Part shown: one piece after another, positions 1-10,407 of the stretch
Numbering within the stretch: the first letter of the stretch is position 1
Layout of the letters: every line of letters starts with the position of its first letter
Assembly: GCA_002245135.1 (NCBI GenBank)
Contig: NGBS01000010.1
Span: 124,001-188,000 of the forward strand
DNA length: 64,000 nucleotides
Source: Proteromonas lacertae
Lineage: Eukaryota
Reading direction: 5' to 3'
Notes under the pieces: model-generated
Database searches by the model: none
What the model was told of the DNA's origin: nothing
What the model saw: the letters and a program-made list of their open reading frames with translations, nothing else
Made by a program: the position numbers and the translations under genes

Positions 1-701
1 AAAGGACCAGGCACAGAAAAATACTTGATAAATGTAACAAAAACTAGCAATATTAAATAAATATACTCAACATAATCTATTATAACCATCGATATTTTGT
101 ATTTATCATATAATATATAAGATAAACAACCTAGAAGTAATTCCCATATTCTAGTATCAATCAAGAAATATGTATATTCAGCATGACTCTTATAATTCAC
201 ACATAAAAGTATATATGATACAATTGTAATTCCTAATACTACATATTTAAATATAATATTACACATTATAAATATTATAGGATAAAATATATAAAATTGA
301 TTCTCAATAGATAAAGACCAAAAATGTAAAATTGGTGATTGATAGCCACAATAGAAATAATTGACTGATGATTTGTAAAATCTAATATTAGCTATATATA
401 CAGTTGCTGATTGAATATCTTTCAGTAAAGTAATGCTTTTAAAATAATGAGTATTATCTACTAATATCCACCATAAGCAAACATAGGCTGCTGGATATAT
501 TCTATTTATTCTTCTCTGATAAAATTTTAAGCAACTAAAGCCTTTTCTATATAAACTATTGGTAATTACAAATCCAGATACTACAAATAATATATCAACT
601 CCATATACACCATTTACCAAAAAAGATGTATAATAATGAAACAATAATACAAAGAGAATAGAAACTCCTCTTAAACCTTCTATATCATCTCTAAAATTCA
701 T
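1..701 (-). CDS. Acyltransferase-3 (OafA/OatA-like) O-acyltransferase, 3' end outside window
   Basis: Not in the ORF track. Manual translation from the ATG at 701 gives MNFRDDIEGLRGVSILFVLLFH...GVYGVDILFVVSGFVIT...FYQRRINRIYPA...ILHFWSLSIENQFYIFYP, which are AT3 family motifs. Paralog of the 728-2530 gene. Confidence 0.88.
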   Translation of the reverse strand, partial: MNFRDDIEGLRGVSILFVLLFHYYTSFLVNGVYGVDILFVVSGFVITNSLYRKGFSCLKFYQRRINRIYPAAYVCLWWILVDNTHYFKSITLLKDIQSATVYIANIRFYKSSVNYFYCGYQSPILHFWSLSIENQFYIFYPIIFIMCNIIFKYVVLGITIVSYILLCVNYKSHAEYTYFLIDTRIWELLLGCLSYILYDKYKISMVIIDYVEYIYLILLVFVTFIKYFSVPGP

Positions 702-727
702 CTTAATAATGACAAACTAGAATTGAA

Positions 728-2530
728 TTATTTGATTATATCCTCCAAAACTTTATTATAATTTGTTACTGATTCAAATCCATACCTATAAATTGTATAA
801 GTATTATTTCTATCAATTATTGACATATTCAATTGTTTTGAAAAATCTTCAAGTAATTTGATTGTTATATGAGGTAAAATATGATTATCATCTTTATATA
901 ATGATCTTCCATTTATAAATACATCGCAATCATTCTGACAAAACCACTTATTCACAAAAATATATTTGACATGAGAGTAATTCAATAATGGAAATTGATT
1001 CCATGTTGCATTTACACCTAATTTTGCTTTAACATTGTATATGTTGTTCAAAGTGAATGGTTCAAACAACAGAAATGGAGTATCTTGAATAACATAAACA
1101 TGATTTGAATATTTATTTATTTCTTTCAAATAAATAGGCCATTTTTCTTTTACAACTTCTTCTTTGATATGCCAATGATTATAATCCAATGAATGAGATA
1201 AAAATATATTATAAATTCTTCCTGTATAACTGAATATCTTTGATAATGTAGAAAAATCAATCGAAAGAATAGAAGAAATATACATATTGAAGTATATTAT
1301 CTTTCTTGTTGGAAATAAATCCAATCTCAAAAATATAGGAAACCATTGAAGAATATGAGAATCTCCAATAAAGAATGTTCCATTAAAATTCTTCAATTTT
1401 GATGAATCTCCACACCACATGTATGTTCTATCAAGTGTAATCCATTCTAATCTTGCTTCTTCCATCTTTTGGGTTATATTCAATTCACTATTAAATTCTA
1501 ACTGAAATTCTGTATATCTAACTGATATTATAACCAAAATAATAACTCCAATCACAATTGTAAGAATTGTATATGTTTTTAATTGCATTTTGTTTATTGG
1601 TTTTTCTATCATGTAATACAATAGCAAGGTCAAAAGGAATATCATTATATAGTTGATTGATAATGAATATTCTGATAATTTCAATATAGAATAGTGAACT
1701 AAATACAATGAAAATGATATATTACCAATAAATACCAGCAATGAGAAATTAAAAACATTACTCTTCTCATTTGCCATTAAATACAGACAAACCAACATTG
1801 CTGGTAAAATAGACATATATCCAGGATATGTAATGATTTGAGTATTATATAAATACAAACAAATCATTATTCCTATCATTGAAACATATTTCACAATGTG
1901 GGATAATCTGTAATTTATAATACTACAAAACATTCCACAAATAAATTCCCATAATCTTGATTCTATTGAAAAATATGAATAACTATGATTGGAGTAAGTG
2001 GTTAAACAACAAATTATAAAGGATAAGAACAACATCATCAACAAAACATTATTCAATATTTTTGCACTGAATGTATTATACATGAATAAAAAGATGATGA
2101 AAAAATGCCATTCTATTGATAAAGACCAATAATGAAGAATATATGATTGTATAGTTGGAGAGTAATAATCTAACACTTTCATGTAAAATTTAATATTCAA
2201 CACTTGAAGAACTGCATATTGAATATCATTTATAAATTCTTTTCTATATATTTCTGGTATTATGTTGATAAATATTAGTAAAACAACTAACACAAAATAT
2301 GAAGCTGGTAATAATCTTTTACATCTTTTTGATATATTAATTATAAAACCATTCTGTCTTTTCAGACTTGGCAATATTAGAAAACCTGAAATAATATAGA
2401 AAATATCAACACCCAAATAACCTCCAGGCAAATATTCTTCATTTGTATGATATACTAAAACAGCTAAACAAGCAATTCCTCTTAAAAATTGAATATCATA
2501 TCTAAATAATGTATTTGACAAATGTTTCAT
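728..2530 (-). CDS. AT3 acyltransferase fused to a C-terminal SGNH domain (OafA-like O-acetyltransferase)
   Basis: FRYDIQFLRGIA, GGYLGVDIFYIISGF, HYWSLSIEWHF, SRLWEF, GNISFSLYLVHY and many TM segments, then SGNH motifs FIGDSH and YKDDNH. First ATG is at 2530 (the track starts at TTG 2539). No introns seen. Confidence 0.9.
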   Translation of the reverse strand: MKHLSNTLFRYDIQFLRGIACLAVLVYHTNEEYLPGGYLGVDIFYIISGFLILPSLKRQNGFIINISKRCKRLLPASYFVLVVLLIFINIIPEIYRKEFINDIQYAVLQVLNIKFYMKVLDYYSPTIQSYILHYWSLSIEWHFFIIFLFMYNTFSAKILNNVLLMMLFLSFIICCLTTYSNHSYSYFSIESRLWEFICGMFCSIINYRLSHIVKYVSMIGIMICLYLYNTQIITYPGYMSILPAMLVCLYLMANEKSNVFNFSLLVFIGNISFSLYLVHYSILKLSEYSLSINYIMIFLLTLLLYYMIEKPINKMQLKTYTILTIVIGVIILVIISVRYTEFQLEFNSELNITQKMEEARLEWITLDRTYMWCGDSSKLKNFNGTFFIGDSHILQWFPIFLRLDLFPTRKIIYFNMYISSILSIDFSTLSKIFSYTGRIYNIFLSHSLDYNHWHIKEEVVKEKWPIYLKEINKYSNHVYVIQDTPFLLFEPFTLNNIYNVKAKLGVNATWNQFPLLNYSHVKYIFVNKWFCQNDCDVFINGRSLYKDDNHILPHITIKLLEDFSKQLNMSIIDRNNTYTIYRYGFESVTNYNKVLEDIIK

Positions 2531-2606
2531 TATAAACAACTATTATACAAAATAAATATTGAAAATATAAATCTAAACAAGCTATAATAAATAATTATAA
2601 ATTATT

Positions 2607-3725
2607 TTACCAAAACTCTTTTCTTTCATAACCATATTCACTAAAATATATATTTCCATTTTCAAAATATGGATAATTCAATGAAAAACCAACTGTATTC
2701 TTAAATTCATCTATTATTCTAACAACATTACTAGCTCTAGTACCACTAAATGCAATACAATGTAATGCTGTTTTAACATCAGCAATAAAATTCAATGTCA
2801 TTTTATCTCCTTTATTTAAATTTTCTGTATAATTATCATTTAATCTTTTAAAATTTAAATAGTAAACATCAGAATAATGCTTTTGAAAATAATCTATCAC
2901 TTCTGGATCATCAGATGATAAGTAAATTGGGATTTTTTTCTTAACAATGGAATTAAATAACTTTACAGAATGCAAGTATTTATCTGATGTTAATAATTGC
3001 ATTTCTTTATACTTATCTCCATGTCTAACCCATACATTAATACAACCAGACTCTAAATCATTTCCTACTGAATCTTTAATCATTTCACTTACTCTGTTAT
3101 TTGTTTTTTCATTCAATCTAAAAATATATGTTGTTGATTGTATTCTCCAGTAAGGCAGTAGATTCTCTTTTGGAATGACAGAATTTGACAGTAGTTTACT
3201 AACATAGGCTGGTACACAGTCAATACAATTATATAACATCCTTAGATATAAATATTTCTCTGTTTGAGAGCTGTTTTGATATTCAGTAGTATTTATAAAA
3301 GCTGTTCTAGGTAATGAACAGTTGGTTAACGGTTCAAAATAACATTCCCATGTTGTTATGTTATTACAGAACTCTCCAACTGTTTTTTTATTTTGGTAGA
3401 AAGGATCAAATACAACAATTCTGTTTATTGTAAGAGCTAATGCCAAATATGTACTGAGTACATGAATTTCAGATCCATGCCCTGTATCAAATCCGCTGAT
3501 TATAAGAAATGACTTATTTTCACAATTTTGAGGATTTTGATGTTGAAAAATATATTTTTGTACTTCATAGGTGTGTGATATAACATTTTTACAATTTGAT
3601 TTGGTATTGGGTGTCATTCTGTAATATGATTTATGAGGAAACTCACCTTTTACACTAATAACCTTTTTATTGTTATAACAATATAGTCTGTTAAATATTA
3701 CATAATGGTTTCTTTTGTGGATGTT
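2607..3725 (-). CDS. Alpha-1,6-fucosyltransferase-like protein (GT23/FUT8-like); 5' end uncertain
   Basis: GxGSEIH, WECYFEP, NVWVRHGDKYKE, IYLSSDDPEV and FSGTRASNVVRII match FUT8/NodZ-type motifs. The frame stays open upstream of ATG 3617 to ~3725. A hydrophobic MLLIYLF start near 3806 is out of frame, probably because of an indel. Confidence 0.72.
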   Translation of the reverse strand, partial: NIHKRNHYVIFNRLYCYNNKKVISVKGEFPHKSYYRMTPNTKSNCKNVISHTYEVQKYIFQHQNPQNCENKSFLIISGFDTGHGSEIHVLSTYLALALTINRIVVFDPFYQNKKTVGEFCNNITTWECYFEPLTNCSLPRTAFINTTEYQNSSQTEKYLYLRMLYNCIDCVPAYVSKLLSNSVIPKENLLPYWRIQSTTYIFRLNEKTNNRVSEMIKDSVGNDLESGCINVWVRHGDKYKEMQLLTSDKYLHSVKLFNSIVKKKIPIYLSSDDPEVIDYFQKHYSDVYYLNFKRLNDNYTENLNKGDKMTLNFIADVKTALHCIAFSGTRASNVVRIIDEFKNTVGFSLNYPYFENGNIYFSEYGYERKEFW

Positions 3726-3863
3726 TTAGTAAATAATATTATTTTCACGTTTTTTCTATGGTGTTGTTCAAATCAACTAAGTGTAAAACAAATATATAAG
3801 CAACATTATAAGGTGAATAAATTAGGCAATATACTCTTTCTTATATAATCGATTAATTGACTT

Positions 3864-4934
3864 ATGTTTTACCATTTGTTGTATATATCCTCAATTATAC
3901 TTATTTTTATATTTTATTCGATTGTATTTAATAAAAATGTAAATAGTAATTCGTATATGCCTTTTGTAGGAATGAGTTTAATTCACAAAACTAACTATTC
4001 CAAATATAACAACGCTAAGAGAAAAAGTGATAGGAATATAGCAGTAGTTACAACTTTAGCAAACTATCCATTTAATTTTATAAAAAGTTTCGTATATAGT
4101 TTAAAAAATGTAGATTATAAAGGGCACATCATATTGTTTGTAAGTGATATATATGATTTTAATTTATCTTATCCAATAATTCATCAAATTCTAGTAAATA
4201 ATAATTATCCTTATTATTTATCAGATAATAAAGAGTTTCCAATATCAAAAGATGTTTTATTAGAATATATCCCAAATCATTGTCATTGGAATACAAACAG
4301 ATATTATTTGTTTAGTATATGGTTAAAATTTTATCATTCAAAGTTCAATTATTTCTATTACTGTGATGGAAGAGATGTATTATTCCAACTAAATCCATCA
4401 ATGTGGAATTTTGGTCTAGGTGTGTATTTAACACTAGAAAGCGATAAAGTTAAGATAAAAAACAGTAATATTAATGTTATTTGGACAAGAGATTTTAAAA
4501 TGGATAAATCAATATATGAAGAACATGTTATAAATAGTGGTACAATATTTGGATCCTCAAATGAAATAACGCTATATATTTCCGAACTATTGTATATGCT
4601 CAAATATATAAATATGACATGTAATAATGATCAAGGCGCATTTATATATTATTACTATTCACATCCTCCTTTTCCTTATCCAGTTTATTTACAGAAACAA
4701 GGATATGGATTTGCTTTAACTTTAGTTGATTTAGGATGTGATTCATTCTTTACTGATTATTGTAAAAATAGCATTTCTATAAATGATAGTAAAATTTATA
4801 ACTTAGACGAAACTATTCCAATCATTGTTCATGGATTAGAAAGGTGGAAAAATACAAAGAATGAGACGAGAAAAAATGAGTATTACAACTTCATAAATAA
4901 ATATTATCCAAATTATTCATCAAAAAATAGCTAA
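3864..4934 (+). CDS. Type II membrane putative GT-A-fold glycosyltransferase (DxRDVxFQ family)
   Basis: N-terminal signal anchor. Motifs CDGRDVLFQLNP, INSGTIFG, NDQGAF and PIIVH. Paralog of 6070-7095. Confidence 0.65.
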   Translation: MFYHLLYISSIILIFIFYSIVFNKNVNSNSYMPFVGMSLIHKTNYSKYNNAKRKSDRNIAVVTTLANYPFNFIKSFVYSLKNVDYKGHIILFVSDIYDFNLSYPIIHQILVNNNYPYYLSDNKEFPISKDVLLEYIPNHCHWNTNRYYLFSIWLKFYHSKFNYFYYCDGRDVLFQLNPSMWNFGLGVYLTLESDKVKIKNSNINVIWTRDFKMDKSIYEEHVINSGTIFGSSNEITLYISELLYMLKYINMTCNNDQGAFIYYYYSHPPFPYPVYLQKQGYGFALTLVDLGCDSFFTDYCKNSISINDSKIYNLDETIPIIVHGLERWKNTKNETRKNEYYNFINKYYPNYSSKNS

Positions 4935-4942
4935 AAATGACA

Positions 4943-6057
4943 CTAAGTATAAAATGATAATCCAATTTTCCTCTTTACCTTTTCTGCTATTTTTTCAATT
5001 CTTTTCATAGTTTTATTCTTTATACTTTTCCTAAACTCTCTGCATAAACTCTCCATTCCACTTTTCATGTGCCTTGTATGTCTTAAATAAGCAATATTTG
5101 GATCAATCCATGTCTCTGTGATATTCATATGAATAGGAACATTGTGTACTTCTAATCCAGATACTTTAAAAGGACTAGCAATTACATATTTTCTAGCAAA
5201 TCCATTATATGTTTGACATGAAGAATTAATATTAAACATATTAATATCTTTTAATGGAATTGTTCTGTCATACTTTGATTCAACTACAATATGAGATGTA
5301 GGAAATAATCTTGTGTGTGTCCAATAAACATCATATTTGGGCAAGCTATTAAACAAATCATCATAACTATTTCCAATAACTGGCCACAATATTTCATCGT
5401 AATCACATTCCATTATATATTCTGCTATTTCTTGGTATTGATGAAAACAATGATTAAGTTTAGCTACTTCTCCATAATAAATGTTTCTCCACGCTATTTC
5501 CATTCCTTCATCATATTTATATAAATCCAAAATACCGTCTTTTATATAATAGTCTAATACTTTCATAACATCTAATGAAGAGCTTGTTAAGTAACTTACA
5601 ACCTTTGACACACCAAAATATTTTAATGATTCAAAATGTTGGACTAAATAGTTTGCTCTTGAGTAATTTACCAATATTCTTGAACATATTACATACTTAT
5701 ACTTCTTGTGAATTGGTTCAGGTATTTTTATATCCACATTGTTAATTCTAACATAATTTGGCTTTTCATTACTCTCAGTTAATATTTTTATATCAAAGAA
5801 TGAACTATCTATTTCACCATAGTATTTGCTGAATTTTGCTGTGCAATTAACACTTTTTCTACTATATATTAGTCCACATTTATTGATTTTTATATCAGAA
5901 TGAGGTGAATAACCATGTAATAATATTTGATTGTTACTTTTTTTATAAAATACTCCATTTATATAAGAACTTTTAAAAATTTGATAATGTATAGAAAAAA
6001 AAATATCGCTCCTATTGTAATAAGATAAGAGTTATATGTGATTATATTGATTAGCAT
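4943..6057 (-). CDS. GT92/DUF23-like glycosyltransferase (one apparent missing base near 6034)
   Basis: FGVSKVVSY, NHCFHQY, IMECDYDEILWP (DxD), KY and H motifs. The frame is open from the track's GTG at 5737 up to ~6031. ATG 6057 (MLINIITY..LLSYY) joins with a one-base correction. Confidence 0.7.
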
Positions 6058-6069
6058 TAATTTAAAAAA

Positions 6070-7095
6070 TTATATATTCAAAAATCTATGTTGATATTTT
6101 TTTGTTAAATTATAATCTCTATCATATTGATGAACAATTAAAGGAATAGTACCATCTTCATTATATAATGTTTCATTAATAATTCTCAAATTCACAAAAT
6201 TCCTGAAATGAGTTAAATCTAAGGCTAAACTATACACTACTCCCTTTTCATTTCTATTTATATAGAATTTTATGTTTTTAAAATAATTTGAGTAATATAA
6301 GAAAATAAATGTTCCTTGATCAATTGTGTCAGTATTGTTATCTCTTATAAAATTTGAATATTGACTCATAAATGGTATGAAATAATTCGATGAGCCAATT
6401 ATAGTACCAGAATTTAATACTTTGTTATTCAGTATTTGCTGTGACTTTGTATAAGCAGATACCCATATTCTATTATAGACTTCTCCATTAATTGTCATAT
6501 TATATTTTGTTTCATCAACAAGATAAACACCATCTTGAAAATTCCAATTAAATGGATTTCCTTGAAATACAACGTCTTTAACATCTACACTAATAATGTG
6601 GGTGTATTTTGAGCCATACGTCTTTAACCAACAATTTAATATTGACACTCTGTATATTGGCCATGGACATCCATATGATCTATTTCCAATCATACAATCA
6701 TTCAATACACTCTTTTCAATTGGAAAAAATGTATTATTCTTTGAATAAAATGGCCATTCATTCTCAATTAGAATAGGTTTTATTTTAAACTCTTCAATTT
6801 TTTCTTTCATCTCTTCATACTTATTTAATGAAATTCCCATTATCAAATCCCCATTATAACTATTTCTTAAAGAAGTAACAAACATAGACATTTTATCCCA
6901 ATTAAAACTTGCTGCAAATCCAAATACAACAGGATTTTTAATATTATAAATTATATTTTGATCATAATATAAGTAAGATGAATGAGTATAATTGTTATTT
7001 TGTATGGGAAAAAGACTTTTCTTTTTATAGATTGAACAAATTATAAATATAAATGATATTATAAATAGAAATATCAATAAATTCACAATGTTCAT
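6070..7095 (-). CDS. Type II membrane putative GT-A-fold glycosyltransferase, paralog of 3864-4934
   Basis: Signal anchor. Motifs FVTSLR, VDVKDVVFQGNPF, LNSGTIIG, IDQGTF and PLIVHQYDR. Confidence 0.68.
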   Translation of the reverse strand: MNIVNLLIFLFIISFIFIICSIYKKKSLFPIQNNNYTHSSYLYYDQNIIYNIKNPVVFGFAASFNWDKMSMFVTSLRNSYNGDLIMGISLNKYEEMKEKIEEFKIKPILIENEWPFYSKNNTFFPIEKSVLNDCMIGNRSYGCPWPIYRVSILNCWLKTYGSKYTHIISVDVKDVVFQGNPFNWNFQDGVYLVDETKYNMTINGEVYNRIWVSAYTKSQQILNNKVLNSGTIIGSSNYFIPFMSQYSNFIRDNNTDTIDQGTFIFLYYSNYFKNIKFYINRNEKGVVYSLALDLTHFRNFVNLRIINETLYNEDGTIPLIVHQYDRDYNLTKKYQHRFLNI

Positions 7096-7099
7096 CCTT

Positions 7100-8661
7100 T
7101 TAAGGTATATTCAAATATTCTTGAGTCATATTACATGAACAACCAAACACTACATGAAATTCATGACAATTTCTTGTTTTGGGTATTTTGTTAAATAAGC
7201 TAATTCCTCTCTTATTTTGTATATTGCTTAAATTCTATTAATAGAATAATATGTATTTATGTACACTTCCAAAATGAGCAATATCAAATAATGTTGAATG
7301 TAAATCATATCCTGTTACAAATCTATTTTGGTTAATTTTCATATTCATATTTATTTCAGGATACTTTTTTGAAAACCATTTAGGAAAAACCTATTCAAGT
7401 TATTATTTATATATTAATGTTTTATACCATAAACATCAATGGAAGAGAATGATCTAAAGTTCCAAACTACAACTATATAAAATATTATTCATACATTTGT
7501 TGCTTTATATGGACCATAATGAATTCCATGATCAGAAAAAATAATAAGCACAGAATCATTTAAAATTCTCTCTTTATGAAGGAATTTTATATAATCTGAT
7601 AAATCTTTGTCAATTCTTGGGAGTGATAATAATAAATAATCATGTGCTTCTAGAAAAACTGATACAGAAAAAGTAGGTTGTTTCTTTAAATGATAATATT
7701 TAATAGACTCTTTTAAATATTCAAATGCATATTTGTGAATCTCTTTATGACCTACACATCTTGCATGATGACCATATTGACCTTCTCCTCCTACATTACT
7801 ATAAATATAACAAATGATACATAAATAGTAATACTTATATCTGGGATCTTCACATAAGAAATTCACATAATGATCAGAACCATTATAATTATTATTTGCT
7901 GTTAATTTTTCATATGGATCTACGAATAGAACAGTATTTATAGTTTTATATCCTTCTTCTTTAAAATCTTCAAATATGATTTTATTGATATTTTGTCCTT
8001 CTGTCTCATTTACCCCATAAAATAATGTTGGATAATGTGGATTGGAATTAGCAGCTAAAGTATGATATCTTAACATATCATAAGTAGAGTAATGAGATGA
8101 AATAGATTTTAATGTCTTTACTGTTTGTTGTAATTGCTTTTTAGCAACATATCTTGATACTGCATCAATTAATAGTAAGTTTACAGATAATTTTTCACTC
8201 TTTATATTATTATCAATGTGTTGCGGTATGAATTTGATATACCAATCATAATCCTTCCCAGTATAATTTGATTTGGTTCTTACCACTTCAGACTGTAAAG
8301 CAATTGACTCTCCTTTATGAAGTGATTTAGTTCTGATTGTATATTTCTTTATATTTCTAACATATTGTGATATTTCTGTATTGATCAACGCATATATAGT
8401 ATTATTCTGTATTAAAATGGATGGTTTGACTAAAGGACAAGATTCATTATTTGATTTAACAATAATTGTATAATTATTCTCTGCATAACATGGTAATCTA
8501 CACAATTCTTGATCAAAATCATATTCAACATTATCAATTAAACTTGAACATAAATAATTTCTTATTTGTGTATTTTCATACTTGTATATATAATTTATTG
8601 TGGTAATAATTAAAATCATCATTATCAAGCTATATAAAAATATGTAATATATTCTTCTCAT
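7100..8661 (-). CDS. DUF229-like alkaline phosphatase/sulfatase-superfamily protein, 4 introns
   Basis: Signal anchor from ATG 8661. Motifs LLIDAVSR, EAHD and IIFSDHGIHYG. Removing introns 7799-7834 (36 nt), 7467-7494 (28), 7391-7427 (37) and 7235-7264 (30) gives GTLDHSLPLMFMVFPKWF...NQNRFVTGYDLHSTL...GISLFNKIPKTRNC..CSC, with the stop at 7100-7102. Confidence 0.8.
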
Positions 8662-8787
8662 CGTTATTAAAACCACTTCACCTTTAGTTATAAAAATAGA
8701 AATAATAACAATAAGGTTAGAAAAATGTAACAATATAAATTATATTCATTTACTAATAGAAACATATATTAACAAAAACTAAATTCT

Positions 8788-9497
8788 CTATTTCTTTTCA
8801 TTTATAAGGCTAAAAATTGTATCACATTGTGATATAAATATATCATTTTTATAATACCCATTACTTTTCAACAAATCTTCCATAGATTTCATAACTTCTG
8901 TACTTAAATGATTAGTTTCAATCATCCAGTGAGATACAGTTATATTAAAATCGAAAGTCATTAATACTTCCAATTCTGCACTTTCAACATCTAATGAAAA
9001 ATAGTCTATGTGTTTTACATTGTAAGAATTTAGAATAGTTCCTAACTTATAACATTTTGTCTTCGGATCTTTTTTATTATTACGATCTATACTTCCTCCT
9101 GTTCCTCCTTGCCAAAATACTGTATCATTAGTATTACATATTAATGAACAAACAATTTCTTAATTTTTTCTTACATTCTTATTATTCACCAGCTTTTTTA
9201 CAGTTATTTTCTCCTCCTTCTATTAATAATCCTTTCCAATTATAATTCTTTTCATAAAAATATGTATTACTCAACCATATTCCATCATAAGCACCCATTT
9301 CTACGAAAAATCCATCTCTTTTATTTTGAAAGAAATGACTAAACATTAATAAATCTTGACCAAACTGACTTTTAGCATTAGTTACATTAATTATATTGGG
9401 ACATTCTTTTGTAGTAACATCAAATACAGAATATATATTATAAATAAAAAAACCTTGCTAAGATTGATAGAAAAATGATAAAATAAATAATATTCAT
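8788..9497 (-). CDS. FkbM-family SAM methyltransferase with N-terminal anchor; frame disrupted (errors, an atypical intron or a pseudogene)
   Basis: SQFGQD, GFFVEMGAYDGIWLSNTYFYEKNYNWKGLLIEG and HIDYFSLDVESAELEVL. There are +1 shifts near 9455 and 9195 and an in-frame TAA at 9160-9162. Confidence 0.78.
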
Positions 9498-10355
9498 TTA
9501 AAACTTTAATGAATGGTAGAATTTATTTGTTGTTTTATTCTCTATTTTATTCCACATTTCTTCTGAAACATGTGTATTCCAACTGAAATAATCTCCTATA
9601 TATTTTTTGTCTATTATTACATACGAATAATTTGAAAAAATAACACTCTCTGGAACACTTGTTTCTGATATAGCATGTATTCCTTTTGATAATAGCTCAC
9701 TTATTCTATTTATCATTCTACTTGACCATCTTTGAACAAATTCCTTAGAAAAATATCCAACTGAGTTATTTGAATATATCATTCTCCATCTTGTATAATT
9801 ATCAGTACAACAATGAAGAAGCGGCCATAATGTATCACTATAAAGAGTTATTTCAGATGTTATAAAATCATAATCAGTCTTATCATATACTTTAAAAAAA
9901 TCGTTTAAAACACCACTATAACCAATATCTTGTTCTAATACCCAAACATATTTATATTTTTCTTTACACTTCTTATACCACTCTATTATTGACTCTGTGT
10001 GAGAAATCCAAGGATAAAATACTTCATCAGGAACATTTCCATGTCTACAATGTCCAGGTGTTCTTAAATCTTTTATTAGTGGATATCTTCGAATTATAAA
10101 ATCAGTATCAATTCTAAATACATTTCTAAACGAAAAATTGAATGTCGTTTTAGAATTTGTAATAATCCAAAATGTATATATTTTTTCTAGTTTTTTTATC
10201 CACGACAAATATCTCTTCTGTTGGTTGATTGCTGGATTAACAGCTCTTATTACAACAGCAATAGGATCATTATTTCTTCTCCCGTAATAAATTAATATAT
10301 TTAACAGAATAAATATTAAAAGTATCGCTATAAAAATAAATACATTTATTAACAT
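9498..10355 (-). CDS. Type II membrane protein, putative GT-A-like glycosyltransferase
   Basis: Intact 285-aa ORF with a signal anchor. YKYVWVLEQDIGYSG is an ExD variant of DxD, and the C-terminus is FYHSLKF. Confidence 0.55.
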   Translation of the reverse strand: MLINVFIFIAILLIFILLNILIYYGRRNNDPIAVVIRAVNPAINQQKRYLSWIKKLEKIYTFWIITNSKTTFNFSFRNVFRIDTDFIIRRYPLIKDLRTPGHCRHGNVPDEVFYPWISHTESIIEWYKKCKEKYKYVWVLEQDIGYSGVLNDFFKVYDKTDYDFITSEITLYSDTLWPLLHCCTDNYTRWRMIYSNNSVGYFSKEFVQRWSSRMINRISELLSKGIHAISETSVPESVIFSNYSYVIIDKKYIGDYFSWNTHVSEEMWNKIENKTTNKFYHSLKF

Positions 10356-10407
10356 AAATAAAAAACATCATTTTATAATAGGCTCGACTTGAGATTCTTT
10401 GTAAATA

